DNA of 64,000 bases from Laetmonice hystrix (taxonomy: Eukaryota). Under the pieces are notes generated by a model, which worked only from the letters and a program-made list of their open reading frames with translations, was not told the DNA's origin and did not search any database. Shown here piece after piece: positions 1 to 12,805 of this stretch. The stretch is taken from positions 3,164,001-3,228,000 of the forward strand of contig OZ249436.1 in assembly GCA_965235115.1 (NCBI GenBank), in the 5' to 3' direction. The position numbers and the translations under genes were made by a program. Position 1 is the first letter of the stretch. Each line of letters starts with the position of its first letter.

Positions 1-136
1 ATTTGTGTGAGGAGTCTTAGAATGTATCGCATGGTTTGTGGATTGAAAAAAAGAGAGAACAGAAACTATTGCTCCATTTGTCATACACACACACACGGGA
101 TGAAATACCAGAGTAACAAGTGAACAGTGAAGACTT

Positions 137-424
137 CACCAAGATAATTGTGTACAAATATTGCTGAACAAGGTATGAATGAACCCATGTAAGTGTACAA
201 ACCATCTCAACATGCTAACTCCACCAAGTTTATCATATTATTTGTGTACACATAGTGATAAACAAGGTATGAATGAACCCATGTAAGTGTACAAACCATC
301 TCACCATGCTAACTCCACCAAGTTTATCATATTATTTGTGTACACATAGTGATAAACAAGGTATGAATGAACCCATGTAAGTGTACAAACCATCTCACCA
401 TGCTAACTCCACCAAGTTTATCAT
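137..424. repeat. Tandem repeat, ~94-bp unit, ~3 copies
   Basis: AACAAGGTATGAATGAACCCATGTAAG... recurs at ~167, 261 and 355. Confidence 0.85.
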
Positions 425-806
425 TACTCCGGTATTATTACCAAGATCTAGTTGTTGGTACAGACAGTATAATTTTGGTGGAGCTACCATGGACGTGAAA
501 GTGGAAAGATTACCTTTATAAAGTTTGTGACTGAGTGCATGAGTGTGGGTGTGTTTGGGAGACGGGCATGTGGGTGGGTATGTTTGGGAGACGGGCATGA
601 GTGTGGGTGTGTTTGGGAGACGGGACTCTCCGGAACTTCTGACGATATACACAGTCTGGTTTTATTTTAGATGTGCTAGGTTCGCCTAAATCTCTCTTGA
701 TATCTGTGCTGGTCACTTTTCTCAAACACTGCAAACAAGATGAACCTTTGACAAAAAAAGGAACCCTTCCTCGCCTTCTCGATTACCTGGGGCACAGTCT
801 GTGTAA

Positions 807-846
807 CCAACGAGTATAGAATAAATTATTATTCTATACTCGTTGG
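807..846. mobile_element. 40-bp miniature hairpin insertion (mini-MITE)
   Basis: Perfect 18-bp inverted repeat CCAACGAGTATAGAATAA/TTATTCTATACTCGTTGG with 4-nt loop; 5-bp direct repeat TGTAA on both sides (802-806, 847-851). Confidence 0.7.
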
Positions 847-3800
847 TGTAACATAGACTGCTCTGCGTGAATCAGGAGTGGACAAATTTTCATGCCAAAA
901 CAAACTTTCGCTCATTGCTTCTTTTTACCTTGTCCACATGCCTAGACGGAACCTGAAATGGACAAGGCTGTCCCTGATCTAGACTCCAAAATCTCTTCTT
1001 GCTTTTCAACGTAAGCAGTTTTGGTGCGTTTGTTCCAGTCCCCTTGCATGGGTAGATACACGATTAGGATATGAGACCTGGGAATTGATAATGATATTCT
1101 CGGAATCGTAAAGTTCAGATCATTTTAAGGAAATGAGAACAAAATGAGACCAAGCACAGCAGTGTTCTTTTTCAGCTTGAAATTTGACATTTTTGTTCAC
1201 CGTGAATAGATTTGGTTTGATTTAATCAAGTTATATTTTCATCCTCTCTAGAATTGATTACTTAAACTGGTTTAGCAGCCCTCCCTGTACATATCCAATG
1301 TTATATGAGATTGACAACTAGTCAAGACTAACACCTGTCAAACTATAGCAACAGGGGAAAAAGTCAACACGATAGTTTTAACCTTTGTATATGCAAGCCG
1401 CAGGAGGCTATTTGTATAAAAACGACATATTGTCTTGCCACTGACTGACGTGTTGCCTGTTGTTATTGCCTTGTGTTAACCCATCGTTTGCTGGGTACAG
1501 GTTAGAGACCAAACTATGATGAGAAACCTCCGACCCAGTGGTGAGTGGCTCGAGCCCTAAGTATCGTATATTATATATACTAGTGCAGTGTTTGTTCAAT
1601 CATCCATTAAGTTTAGTACTGGTAGTTGTTGGTGTTCAATCATTGCCGTGCGGCACTGTTCTAACACACAAACACTTGTCAATAATACATTGTCAATTCC
1701 AGAGGATTTTTTCTGTTTTATTATCAATTGCTTTTATGATTCACGTGGGGCTTGCAGACAAATTTTCAACTCTTTGCATTTTGTCTATTCTTGGTACTTG
1801 GGATCTCTCTCTCTCTCAAAAAAAAAAAAACAAAAAAAAAACGAAAAAAATTATTTCTCCAAACACTTGAGAGGGTTCAATCCTAAATTCTTTGTATTCT
1901 ACACAAACACTGCAGCCAAATTTTACTGCCCCTTTGAGTATACGTCACAGCAACACTAACTTTCCACTCAGATCTTCGAGGAGTCCCCCCCCCCTCTGAC
2001 CATTCCTAACCCTAGTTACATGGTACTCCTTTCCGAACCCCTGTACCAGACCTTCCCTCTCTGGTAGCCCTGTGTCCTTCAGTCTTATCCTGAAATCAGT
2101 TTGATGTTTGTGTGTGTTGTAGGACAGGTGGTTACAAGTTCCACTGTAAACAAGACATATGTACTCAATCAAGGAGATGATCCCTTCAATGTACCCCGAT
2201 CAACACTAATCTGGTCAAACCCTGGCTAACAGTAACCACTGTCGCCGCCAGGTGGCACTTATAAAGCCCGAATCCCATCAACCTTAGCAGGTGCCCGTGG
2301 CGCCCCCTACTGGACGTCTCTGTATGTTTTGTTACGTGTCAATCCGGAACTGGTTGACTCTTTCTCTCCTCTTCCAGTGAAGACCGCCCCACCTGGCCGC
2401 TGGACGTAGAATGGCCACCTGAAACACTAAGGGATCCTAGGCTATATTGTCGGGAGACCTGTGTTTGAGGAGATAGAGGGACAGGCAATAGCCAGGTGAT
2501 CCACTTCAGTGTTTCTGCCGGTGGCTGGGGGTATTCCTCTTCCCGTCTCGCTTCTATTTTTAGAGACCTTTTTCTATAATATACATGTATATAACATGCT
2601 GGATAACCCAAGTTTGTTCTGTGATGCCCTTTACCTCCCGTTTGTGATGTTGGAGATATGCACTAGTCTGACCTGTAAACCTTAGAAATCGGGATTGGGA
2701 AAGGTCAATGGGAAAGGGATGCAAACAATGTACCCCCCATGTCTTGGCCTCAACCCCAGTGGAACCTTTTACTGCGGCAAAGGTCCACATGGTAGAGCAT
2801 GTCCCCAGTGTATATAACACGTGGTAGGCATATACTTTAGCTCCGATTTCATCCTCTATTACCGCGACACGGATGTCATCCCACGTCACCGTTTGTGTAC
2901 CCTTGACCTTCCCGACCTTGACCTTGACTCAGATCTGATACTAACCAATCAACAACAAGCATTAAATCATTGAAATCACATGTTTTGAATTTTTGCAATA
3001 ACATTTATAAGATATTTTTGATGCCTCGCTGTCTCATTTTAATGACTAAGTTTTCCTAAGTTTAAAACTGAAAATATTTATTGAATTTAGGCTACCAAAC
3101 TGCTACGTTTACTCATAGTCGAACTTTACCATTTCCCCTAGCTTAAGTTGTAAGGAATTTTGTTTTTGAGAAAGAAGCCCCCCCCCCGACCCATGTGCCA
3201 GATATTGGCAGTGACAGATCTGAGAGGAGAACCAGGACTTCCAGTGTCCTTTCTCTCCAAGCACAGAGTCATACTGCTTCTCCCCTCTTTACTGCCACTC
3301 CAAATACTCGGTTAACTGTAGAGCAAGGAACCTTATCTCTAAGCCAGTTTTTAAGACAGCACTTAAGACAGCACTTAAACTTGTAGTGACTGCTTGAATA
3401 CAAATCACGGACGGACATGTATACATGTACACAACACAAGGAACCCGACAGATAACTTGGGAAGCTAATACAGCATTCATCTACCACCAAGACGCACAAC
3501 ATCCTCTGATGCTGTCCTTCTCATCAGAGCGAAAACACAACCCTGGCAGTTTTCCAGAGTACGGTATTCTATGGAAGTCAATGTGGATATCGAAATGGAG
3601 GACATGTAAGACCATGTTCCTATCTCAATACAACGCACCATTCAACTTGGTTATATTTTTACCTGAATTCCCCAAACACATTTTCACTTTTTTTGTCTTC
3701 TCAAAATATCACATTTTGACAACCCGCGCACACCGACACGCTTTTTTTCTTTTTTTAAATATCCGAACAGTAATGTAACTTCACACTGCAAGGTTCACCA

Positions 3801-5096
3801 ATGTCGGGCATATACAGCTAATTGTACTGTTAGTAGATTTAATTGTAGTTAGTTTTTCACATAATCTTGATTTTTACTGGGATTAGCTCTTAAGTTCACC
3901 AGGACCGTAAGTGTTCCAAGGTGGGATTCCAACCATCGCAGTGACCAAAATTAATTTGATGAAGAAAAATAAAAAACATTGATTAAAAGTCGTGTTGACA
4001 CTTGGAACATTTATGCACGTCGTTAGACATTTGGTTTACTGGTCACATATTTGGTTTACTGGTCACATATTTGGTTACTGGTCACATTGAGGGATGGCAA
4101 GGGTGCGACTTGCCTTTCTTCCATGTGGTTGGACATACCGCTTGCATCAAATCGCTTTTTACTGCATTTTCTTGCAGACCTTGCATGCAGAGATACTATC
4201 TTGGTTGGTGTTGCCTGTGTTTTCATGTCTAGATGGGTGGTAGTCAAATCAAATACGGGCATGGCTGCTGCTCCGCCTCGCTGCTTCTCATGTATCTTCC
4301 ATTGCAATTAAAAAAAAACACATGGCAGCTTGGGTGTAACTTCTAGAGGGATGATTTGGATTGCTCTTTGTACTTGATTTGTAGTTAATATGAATCATTT
4401 GATTGTATTACTTTAGTATTGGTTTTCAAAATATAATTGTTTCATTTGTTTATAGAGTAACAGTAAAACTATGTACAAAAAAATATAGAAGATCTAACTG
4501 TTTTTTTTATCGTTCTACATGAAGTTTGTGATAGCGTCTTTATGTGTAATATTTCCTGTTGATCTGAAAAGATTCCATTTAGGCCTAACAAAAACTGTCA
4601 GTACTGATCGATATTATTGGGAATATATAAAAGATCTCGATATCCTGCCAGTGAATCTTTTTAACGTAACAACTGCTATTGCAGTATGTGCTTTTCCTTT
4701 TAAAATTTCTACAAATATCTAGCTTTGAGTATGCCACCGTTCTTTTGCATGTAATGTAGGTGTCCTAAGAGATTGCTGTATCTTAAAAATGTTGTCTTCC
4801 AGAGTATCTCTGTAATCATGATCGGATCAATTTATGTAAAGATTTCTCTGTAGGTCGTAAGGTTTCTTCAGTTTGCTTTATTTTATGTTGGTGGTTTTTT
4901 GTTCTTTTCCTGAAGGAGGGTGAACTGCAACCCCAAATCGAGCTGGCCAAGCGCCGTTGTACTACTGCAGAGGTATCCAGCAAATGTCTCCCCAGCCCAG
5001 CGTGGCACGCCAGTTTGACACACAGATCATTCCGTTTTTATTATCATCAGTGACCAACTGACTAATCCGACTGGTTCCTGTTAGCTTCGTGTGCCC

Positions 5097-5450
5097 AGAA
5101 CCAGATGAAACTGACCAGATGCGACCAAGTCCAGCCAGAACTGGCTAGGACCAGCTGAAACTGGCCAGATGCAACCAGTACCAGCGAGAACTGGCTAGAA
5201 CCAGCTGAAACTGGCCAGATGCCACAAGACTAGCCAGAACTGGCTAAAACCAGCTGAAACTGACCAGATGCCACCAAGTCCAGCCAGAACTGGCTAGAAC
5301 CAGCTGAAACTGGCCAGCTGCCACCAAGTCCAGCCAGAACTGGCTAGAACCAGCTGAAACTGTCCAGATGCCACAAGACTAGCCAGAACTGGTTAGAACC
5401 AGCTGAAACTGGCCAGATGCAACCAAGACCAGCAAAAACTGGCTAGAACC
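5097..5450. repeat. Tandem repeat, ~50-bp unit, ~7 copies
   Basis: GATGCCACCAAGTCCAGCCAGAACTGGCTAGAACCAGCTGAAACTGGCCA-type unit at ~50-bp spacing. Confidence 0.85.
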
Positions 5451-8236
5451 CAGGGCCCAATTGGAAACCCTTAATAACTTGGTATCTGACTGCGCTTGTT
5501 GTATGTGAGGAATACCGTGCTGTCTATGAAACCCATCATAGAAGTCGTCAAGATTTACAAACTGGATTATGAGGTGAAGAGATCAGGAAACTAACCTGCG
5601 GGAAAACTGATCCCAGATGATATCAACTGTTTACAATGATAGCAACGACCCGAATGACAGTGAAAGATATATTTTTCGATGATGCTTTAAAAAAAGCAAA
5701 TGTCCCAAAGGCAGTGGTTTCCATACACAGAGTCTGTCACTGGAGGCAAGCAGGTTCTTTACGTAACTGAATATCTCATCCCATACCTGACATAACATAA
5801 TAGGAACATGATAGAGCTATTCTCACGAATCCTTTTGTAGGAATCTATTGCAGGCTTATCAAAGTAGGCCTACATTGTAAACAAAAATCAAAAGATGCAT
5901 GGATATTGTCCAGAGTAAGGGGACGCTGCATTACGCGATGAAGGAAGGACAATTGAGGAACTCTCCATGAAGATTTCGGACGCTGTGTGCGCATGCGCCA
6001 ACCTGCTGAGGCCAAGGCCGGTCTGGTGGCACTGAATGCTGTACAGCATGTCGAGTATAAATAGTTTTAATAACCCAACTAACTGTATGCATGGGGTAAG
6101 TCAGTTGGCTGTCTGCACGGCCAGACCTCTGGGCCGGCCACTAACGAATCCAGTGTTGGTGAAACCTGTTGTAGTGAACCTCAGATTCGGGGACAGTGGG
6201 ACCGGAGGCTGAACTTCATATTTGTATGTGCTCATACTCTGAATATAGTGCAATATCATATGTAGGCAGTGTTTACTGGAAGGAGTAACCATAATTTTTG
6301 TGTTGCTTTCTGTCAACTGTGTGTGTTTTTGATAATGATAGGTTAATGCACAATGCTTCATTGAAACCTAAACAGACGTAATTTAATTAGGTCAGAGATG
6401 TAAATGCAAGCAAAATATTTTTATTTCTGCTATAAGATGGTTAAGTGTTGTATGTCTTAACCAGTCATTCATTTGAGATTTTAACACTAAATGGGCTTGA
6501 TGCTCATTTAAAGCAGGACTCTGCTTTGTATTTTGATAAACGATGGGGCATCCATATTTTGTAGTCAACAATAACTTGGTTCTTATAATTGGCCCTATTT
6601 ATTTCAACTTCTTATTGCAAAATAAAAAGAAGCTAACGCCCGTGCCTAAATCTTTAGTTGTCTCGCGGGATTGGAGCCAGAGTTATTTTAAGATTTAGGA
6701 CTCGCAGTTGTCTGGTATATAGCAGAAGTATGAAGACAATTTATTGGCCAATGTGGTAGTGCCCCCTGGTGGACCTGGCTGACGTGACCAAATGATGTGA
6801 TATTGCCGTTGTCGATGATGCTTTAATTTTGTTTGTCCGCGCAACGTTACGTTAGCCTTCACATGTTCTAGGGGTCACGCGATGTCTTCACATTTAGTAG
6901 AGGCCTACTTGAATGGCATCGCAGAAACGAAGCGGTTATCAATCCTCAGTTCTGAAGTGTCCCTTCTCAAACGTACTAACTCTCGGGAAAGTAACGGTGT
7001 TCCGTCATCCAGTCAAAGACGTATTGTAAGGATACTATGAAAAGTTTCATAATAAACGGGACGCGAAACTAGTCGATTTTTCGTAAGCATCGTACCAGAC
7101 GAAACAAAGTGAGAATAGACAGAAGCCTACCGAAGGGATTGATTGGGATGGGGTTCTCGTGCAGTGACTGTTAGTACTGCACCCAAACCTCAGCCTGGCT
7201 TGTAACTTTGTGTAAGGCTGATCCTATCCCCAGTAGAAGGGTGTAAATAGTGGTCAGCGATTGTCTCGTATGTGTGTGTTATAGGAAGGATTAATGGCAG
7301 TCACGGGGAGTGAAAATTGTTAGAAAATCATGTAGTTTTCGTCGAATATCATAGCCCACCAGCCGACACCAGCCGACCCTTAGCAGCAGGGTGACCGCAG
7401 TACAGCGAAACCAGGGAAACTGACCCAAAAATATCTTTACAGGAAAAACACGGGGAATTTCTAAAACATGCGGGGGGGGGGGGCCAGAAAACATTAGGCA
7501 AACGATATAAGCCGAGCCGATCTAGTCGGATCAAAATTATGGCGGTCTAATTCAAAACGACCGCCATATTTGATGAAAACACTAAATAGTGACCACATTG
7601 TCACAGGAAAAATTTCATGTGGGGCAGGAAAAACGCAGGTATTTAAAAAATGTAATTTGTGTGGTCACCCTGCCGGGGGGCGAAATATTTTTTCCCAAAC
7701 AGGTTTGCCAGGACGCTTGGAGTCAAATTGTTCAAAAAGGGTTAGAGTTAGGGTTAGAGTTAGGGATAGCATTGGTTATTACAAAACTTAAACTCTTCGG
7801 GATTTACGGTTAGTTAGGGATAAGGATAGTGATATTCCAACACAGTTGAGAGCAGCTAGGCTATCTGCCACGTGCGTCCTACTCGGCATTTGATTGGACG
7901 AAATGGCAAACCTGTTTGGGAAAAAAAAATTCGCTGCGGGGGGGGGGGGGGGTGATATTGATATGTGGTGATTAGTTCACAGTGCCGATGAAGGTGAAAA
8001 GGTCATTAAATTTGTGAGTCTCGTCAACACTGTCGCGGATACGGTCACTTTTCCTGACCGCCTTTCTCGGAGGACCTTCCGTCGTAGAGATACGCGGCAA
8101 ACACTAAGTGCATCTGTTGATTCCTTGGAAATATCATGTTGTTTTTATTATGTTTGGGTTTCAGGATTATTCCTGTTGCCGTGTCTTTATACGTCATCCA
8201 TTCTCCCGGCACTGTAACGGTCCAACGTTAGTAGTA

Positions 8237-8270
8237 CCATAGACCTACACTGAATAATCTACGTCTATGG
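8237..8270. mobile_element. 34-bp miniature TIR insertion
   Basis: Termini CCATAGAC...GTCTATGG; 5-bp direct repeat TAGTA at 8232-8236 and 8271-8275. Confidence 0.65.
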
Positions 8271-9349
8271 TAGTACATCAAAGTGGGCCTACAAGTCAGG
8301 CCACGTATAGACCAAAGTCAAATCTGGTGATTTATCTAATAAATGCCAATGTTTGCAGTATAGAAACGTTATGGATTTAAAACGATTGCGCTTGTCAGTC
8401 AGTTCATACTGAATGGTTGACATATTATTTGTTGAGCGATGTTTGTCACACTTCCTGTAGTAGACATGAAGAGACTGAAGTCCTGTATCGCTATAGGTAT
8501 ATAACCAGCGATATATACAGTGCTGTTCTCGTCTCAATGTTGCCGTTAATGGCCCAGTATTCCGGGCCAAGTCCACATGTAATGTGAATCGTGGTCAATA
8601 TCGAGTATAGTGAACTTCCGGCTTGTGTACATTACAGGAACTTTGAAATATGAATGTGTGCTCAGTGACAGAATGAAGTCTTTCTATGAGGTATGTGTGA
8701 CTATGAATCTGTGCTCAGTGACAGAATGAGTCTTTGTATGAGGTACATGGTAGCTGAAAGTAAGTGTGCTACATGGAGTTATGTATGAGACAGAACGACC
8801 TATTTAGATATATGTGGTGTGTAATAGAGTGTGTATGTGTGGGGGTACACGTGTGTGGGGGGCTATGTGTAGGGGTGTGTGTATGTGGGGGTACACGTAT
8901 GTGTGGGGCTATGTGTATCAGTGTGTGAATGCAAAATACGCAGGCTTTAGTTGATAAAAGTGAAGCAGTCACTTTGGCTGTGGCAACCTTTGTACAAGGA
9001 TACTGTAAAGGTATACAACTGACATGTGAAGCATGGTAAATAAAGACTTTAGAGCAAGAACTACTCGTTCTAGTTATAAATTATAGTAAAAGGAGAATAT
9101 AATCTGGACAATATTCGGTTTATAACTTGTCTGTAGATACAACTTATACATTTTAACATCCAGACAGATGATCTTCCGTCAGAATGTCTCGGAATAAATT
9201 ATATTTCCTTTTAAAATTCTGTTCGGAATATTTACTTTAACCATTGAATAAAAAAACGAGGTTTTCAGATGACGGGGGGGGGGGGGGTTGCACGGTTAAG
9301 ACGCCTATACTACCGGAGGGCGCTACGATCGTAGTGCCTATGATTACAT

Positions 9350-9411
9350 TAGTTTGGTTCCCTCTTTCTCCGCTAGGGCGCGTAGCCACCTAGGGGTAGG
9401 GAACCAAACTA
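9350..9411. mobile_element. Short TIR element (TAGTTTGGTTCCC family)
   Basis: TAGTTTGGTTCCCT...AGGGAACCAAACTA inverted ends; partial related copy at ~16985; TSD not clear. Confidence 0.5.
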
Positions 9412-10950
9412 TAGACTAGCGCCGATGTGGCTTGGGCCAACATCTTGTATCCCATCCCCTGGCAATGAAAATCACAGATACATTAATCATTATCATGTGA
9501 GACTACCTCCATGTCATCGATAGGCCCGTAGATCGAAAGAGCATATATTATTTGTTCCTATATGACCTCAATAATTAATATTGGTCATCTATCAATGACG
9601 TCATTGTCACGTAATAGCCTACATCACCCTACATAATAGATTTTGTTATCTTTTGAAAGAACATGTTCCTATTATAGCTTCAATAGTAACCATAGCTGTA
9701 CCTGGCCCCCTTTCAGAGTTATAGCTGTTTCAATAATATTGGTGATCTATCAACATCGATTTTCATTTTCATTTCGATTTTGGAGAGCCCTCTGCCGAAA
9801 ATCCTGGGCCCGTGGCTGTATTTTGAGTTAGCCTAACAATAATTTTTGTCAATTCTTCAAAAAGAAAGAGTGGGGATAGGGCCTATATAGAGGGTGCCCA
9901 CGCCAGGCGGCGCCAGGCAGGCCCTTCAGTGCTAGCGACTACCGCCCGGCAATCAATTTTTTCTTTCCTATAGCTATTTCTTCTTTCCTACAGCTATATT
10001 CTCACTGTGATCTCACCATTTGATCTCTCACTGTGAGATCATTTTGACATCTCTCTGACATAAAACAGTACCAATATATTTTTGAAATGACGTTGTCGCA
10101 CCACCTTCCTGGGTTCCCACAGGGACATTCTAGAAAAAATCCTGGCTTAACCAGTTCTAACCATTGCGTGGGCACGCTGTAGTACCTCCTGTGCCAGTTA
10201 AGCACTGACGCTTAAAACCCATACCCCCGTCCTCACTATTGATGTTTCCCGTCGGAAATTCAAATTGGTGTTTTCTATACTGGGTTGTTTAAAAAAAAAA
10301 AAAAAATATCATCTCTACGCCCCTGTATTGTTCTTTTCACAATTAGCGAAAAAATAAAGTGTAATTTTACACAATGATATACGGTGGCCGATTAGTGCCA
10401 ACGACGAATACAAATTCAAAACGACGAATACAAAAGCAAAACGACAAATACAAAAGCAAAACGACAAATACAAAAGCAAAACGACAAATACAAATTCAAA
10501 ACGACGAATACAAAAGCAAAACGACAAATACAAAAGCAAAAACGACGAATACAAATTCAAAACGAAGAATACAAATTCAAAACGACAAATACAAAAGCAA
10601 AAACGATGAATACAAATCCCTCTCACACCACAAACAACAACTTGGCGTGAAGCACATTTACAAAAAGGATATCCATGTTCCGGGCCGAGAGTCGACCAGG
10701 ACGAGTCTAAGTGTAAATGTGGGACAGGGGTGAGCTGAGGTGACATCTACTGAGGCCTGCTATGGAATACCTGAAGGGAAATTCTTCGACTTCCAGCTCG
10801 ACGTACATACGTTTACTGAGACACCGACCATAACTTCGACTTCGACTTCGACGTAAACTTCGACTTCGAGTTGGGAGGCACATTCTCAAACTCGTTCTAA
10901 AGGCAACCTTTTTAGCGTGTTAGGGCTTTGGCGTGGCTCCTCCGTCCATG

Positions 10951-11071
10951 CAGTGGCGGATCCAACGGGCCAGGCGCGGAGGGGGGGGGGGGGGCATTGT
11001 CGGGGGGGGGGGGGGGGGCGGGGGCGTTGCCGGGGCGGGGCGGGGGCACCGGGCGGGGGTACCGACCCCCG
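10951..11071. mobile_element. Truncated CAGTGGCGGATC-type MITE fragment
   Basis: Same terminus as the copies at 17991 and 32503, followed by G-runs; other end not found. Confidence 0.45.
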
Positions 11072-11879
11072 CACCGGTGTGACTAATTACCGAAATCTAC
11101 CGAAATCTACCGGAATCTACCGGAATTCAGAAACCCCATGACTAATTACCGAAATCGACCCCCAAACTTACCGAAATCGACCTCTAGTTGTGTTTGGGAG
11201 CCCCCAAACTTCCCGAAATGGACCTCTAATTAGGTTTATAGGAGCCCCCAAATTACCGAAATCGACCTCTAGTGTTGTTTGGGAGCCCCCAAACTTACCG
11301 AAATCGACCTCTAATTGGGTTTGGGAGCCCCCAAACTTACCGAAATCTGGGGGCTCCCAAACACAACTAGAGGTCGATTTCGGTAAGTTTTGGGGCTCCC
11401 AAACAACACTAGAGGTCGATTTCGGTAATTTGGGGGCTCCTATAAACCCAATTAGAGGTCGATTTCAGTAAGTTTGGGGGCTCCCAAACACAATCTAGAG
11501 GTCGATTTCGGTAAGTTTGGGGGCTCTCAAACACAACTAGAGGTCCATTTCGGTAAGTTTGGGGCTCCCAAACACAACTATAGAGGTCGATTTCGGTAAT
11601 TTTAGGGGCTCCTAAACCCAATTACAGAGGTCGATTTTGGTAAGTCTCGGGGCTTCCCAACACTATTAGAGGTCGATTTCGGTAAGTTTGGGGGCTCCCA
11701 AACACAAAGTTCTAGAGGTCAATTTCGGTAAGTTTGTGGGCTCTCAAACACAACTAGAGGTCGATTTCGGTAATTTTGGGGGTCGATTTCGGTAATTAGT
11801 CATGGGGTTTCTGGATTTCGGTAGATTCCGGTAGATTTCGGTATATTCCGGTAGATTTCGGTAATTAGTCACACCCGTG
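11072..11879. mobile_element. Foldback-type element with modular internal repeats, nested in the IS3EU-like element
   Basis: CACCGGTGTGACTAATTACCGAAATC...GATTTCGGTAATTAGTCACACCCGTG inverted ends; ~40-bp subunits switch orientation at ~11346. Confidence 0.75.
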
Positions 11880-12486
11880 GACAGTTTCCGCCCTAGTAGG
11901 AATTGGAACGAGTTGCGCATGTCCGAGACTTTGGCTCCCTTATGCCAATCTCCTACCGCAGCGTCTCAGTATCGCCAGAAGTAGTCAGAGTGCAAACACC
12001 CCTGTCCACTTAGACTCGCCCTGGTCGTCCCTGGGCCCCGAACATGGATACCATTCTTGTAAGCGTGCTACACGCCAACTTGTTGTTCGCGTTTGTGATC
12101 TCTCTCTTGCATTTGCGTGTTTGAATTTGTTTTCGCGGTTTTTGTTTTGTAATTGCCGTTTTGGCGTTTGCGTTTGTGTTTTCTCTTTTGTTTTTGCGTT
12201 TTTGAATTTGTGGTCGTGGTTTCTGTTTTGTAATCGCCGTTCTAACTTTTGAGTTTGTGTTTTCTCTTTTGCATTCGTCGTTTTTAATTTGTAAACGTGT
12301 TTTCTCTTTTGCATTCGTCGTTTTTAATTTGTAAACGTGTTTCCTCTTTTGTAATCGTCGTTGGCACTAACCGGCCACCGTAATGATAGCTGTTTTGAAT
12401 GACACGTGAATTATTTGAAGTCGCTAGAAGTTCACCTATAGCCTGTGTTTCGGACAGTCTAGTCAATCTCAATGATAACAGCGCCA

Positions 12487-12805
12487 CCACCTGAGATTTA
12501 CATGATGTCAAGGTGATGTCGGAATTTTATAACATTCTGACATCAGAAAGGTCTCAATATTTGTTCTTACATAGTGAAGTCATTATGAGATTGCTGTGAG
12601 ATCAATGTGTGATCTTACCAGCTGAGATTTACGTGATATCAAGGTGATGTTGGAATTTTATAACATTCTGACATCAGAAAGATCTCACTATTTGTTCTCG
12701 CATAGTGATATCATTATGGGATTGCTGTGAGATCAATGTGTGATCTCACCAGCTGACATTTATGTGATATCAGGGTGATGTCGGAATTACATCTCATTCT
12801 GACCT
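12487..12805. repeat. Tandem repeat, 131-bp unit, ~2.4 copies (probably part of a TE)
   Basis: CTGAGATTTA...TGTGATCTCACC at 12491, 12622 and 12753. Confidence 0.75.

Larger units (their letters stand above)
10380..12382. mobile_element. Non-autonomous DNA transposon, IS3EU-like, with ~350-bp diverged TIRs
   Basis: Termini TACGGTGGCCG...CGGCCACCGTA; 6-bp TSD ATGATA (10374-10379, 12383-12388); arms 10380-10730 and ~11995-12382 are inverted homologues containing A-rich subrepeats. TAY..RTA ends with a 6-bp TSD match the IS3EU description; no transposase seen. Confidence 0.7.

Noticed and set aside
1945..2930. GC-richer segment with 75-109-aa minus-strand ORFs
   Set aside because: No recognisable domain or consistent splice sites; probably a decayed TE
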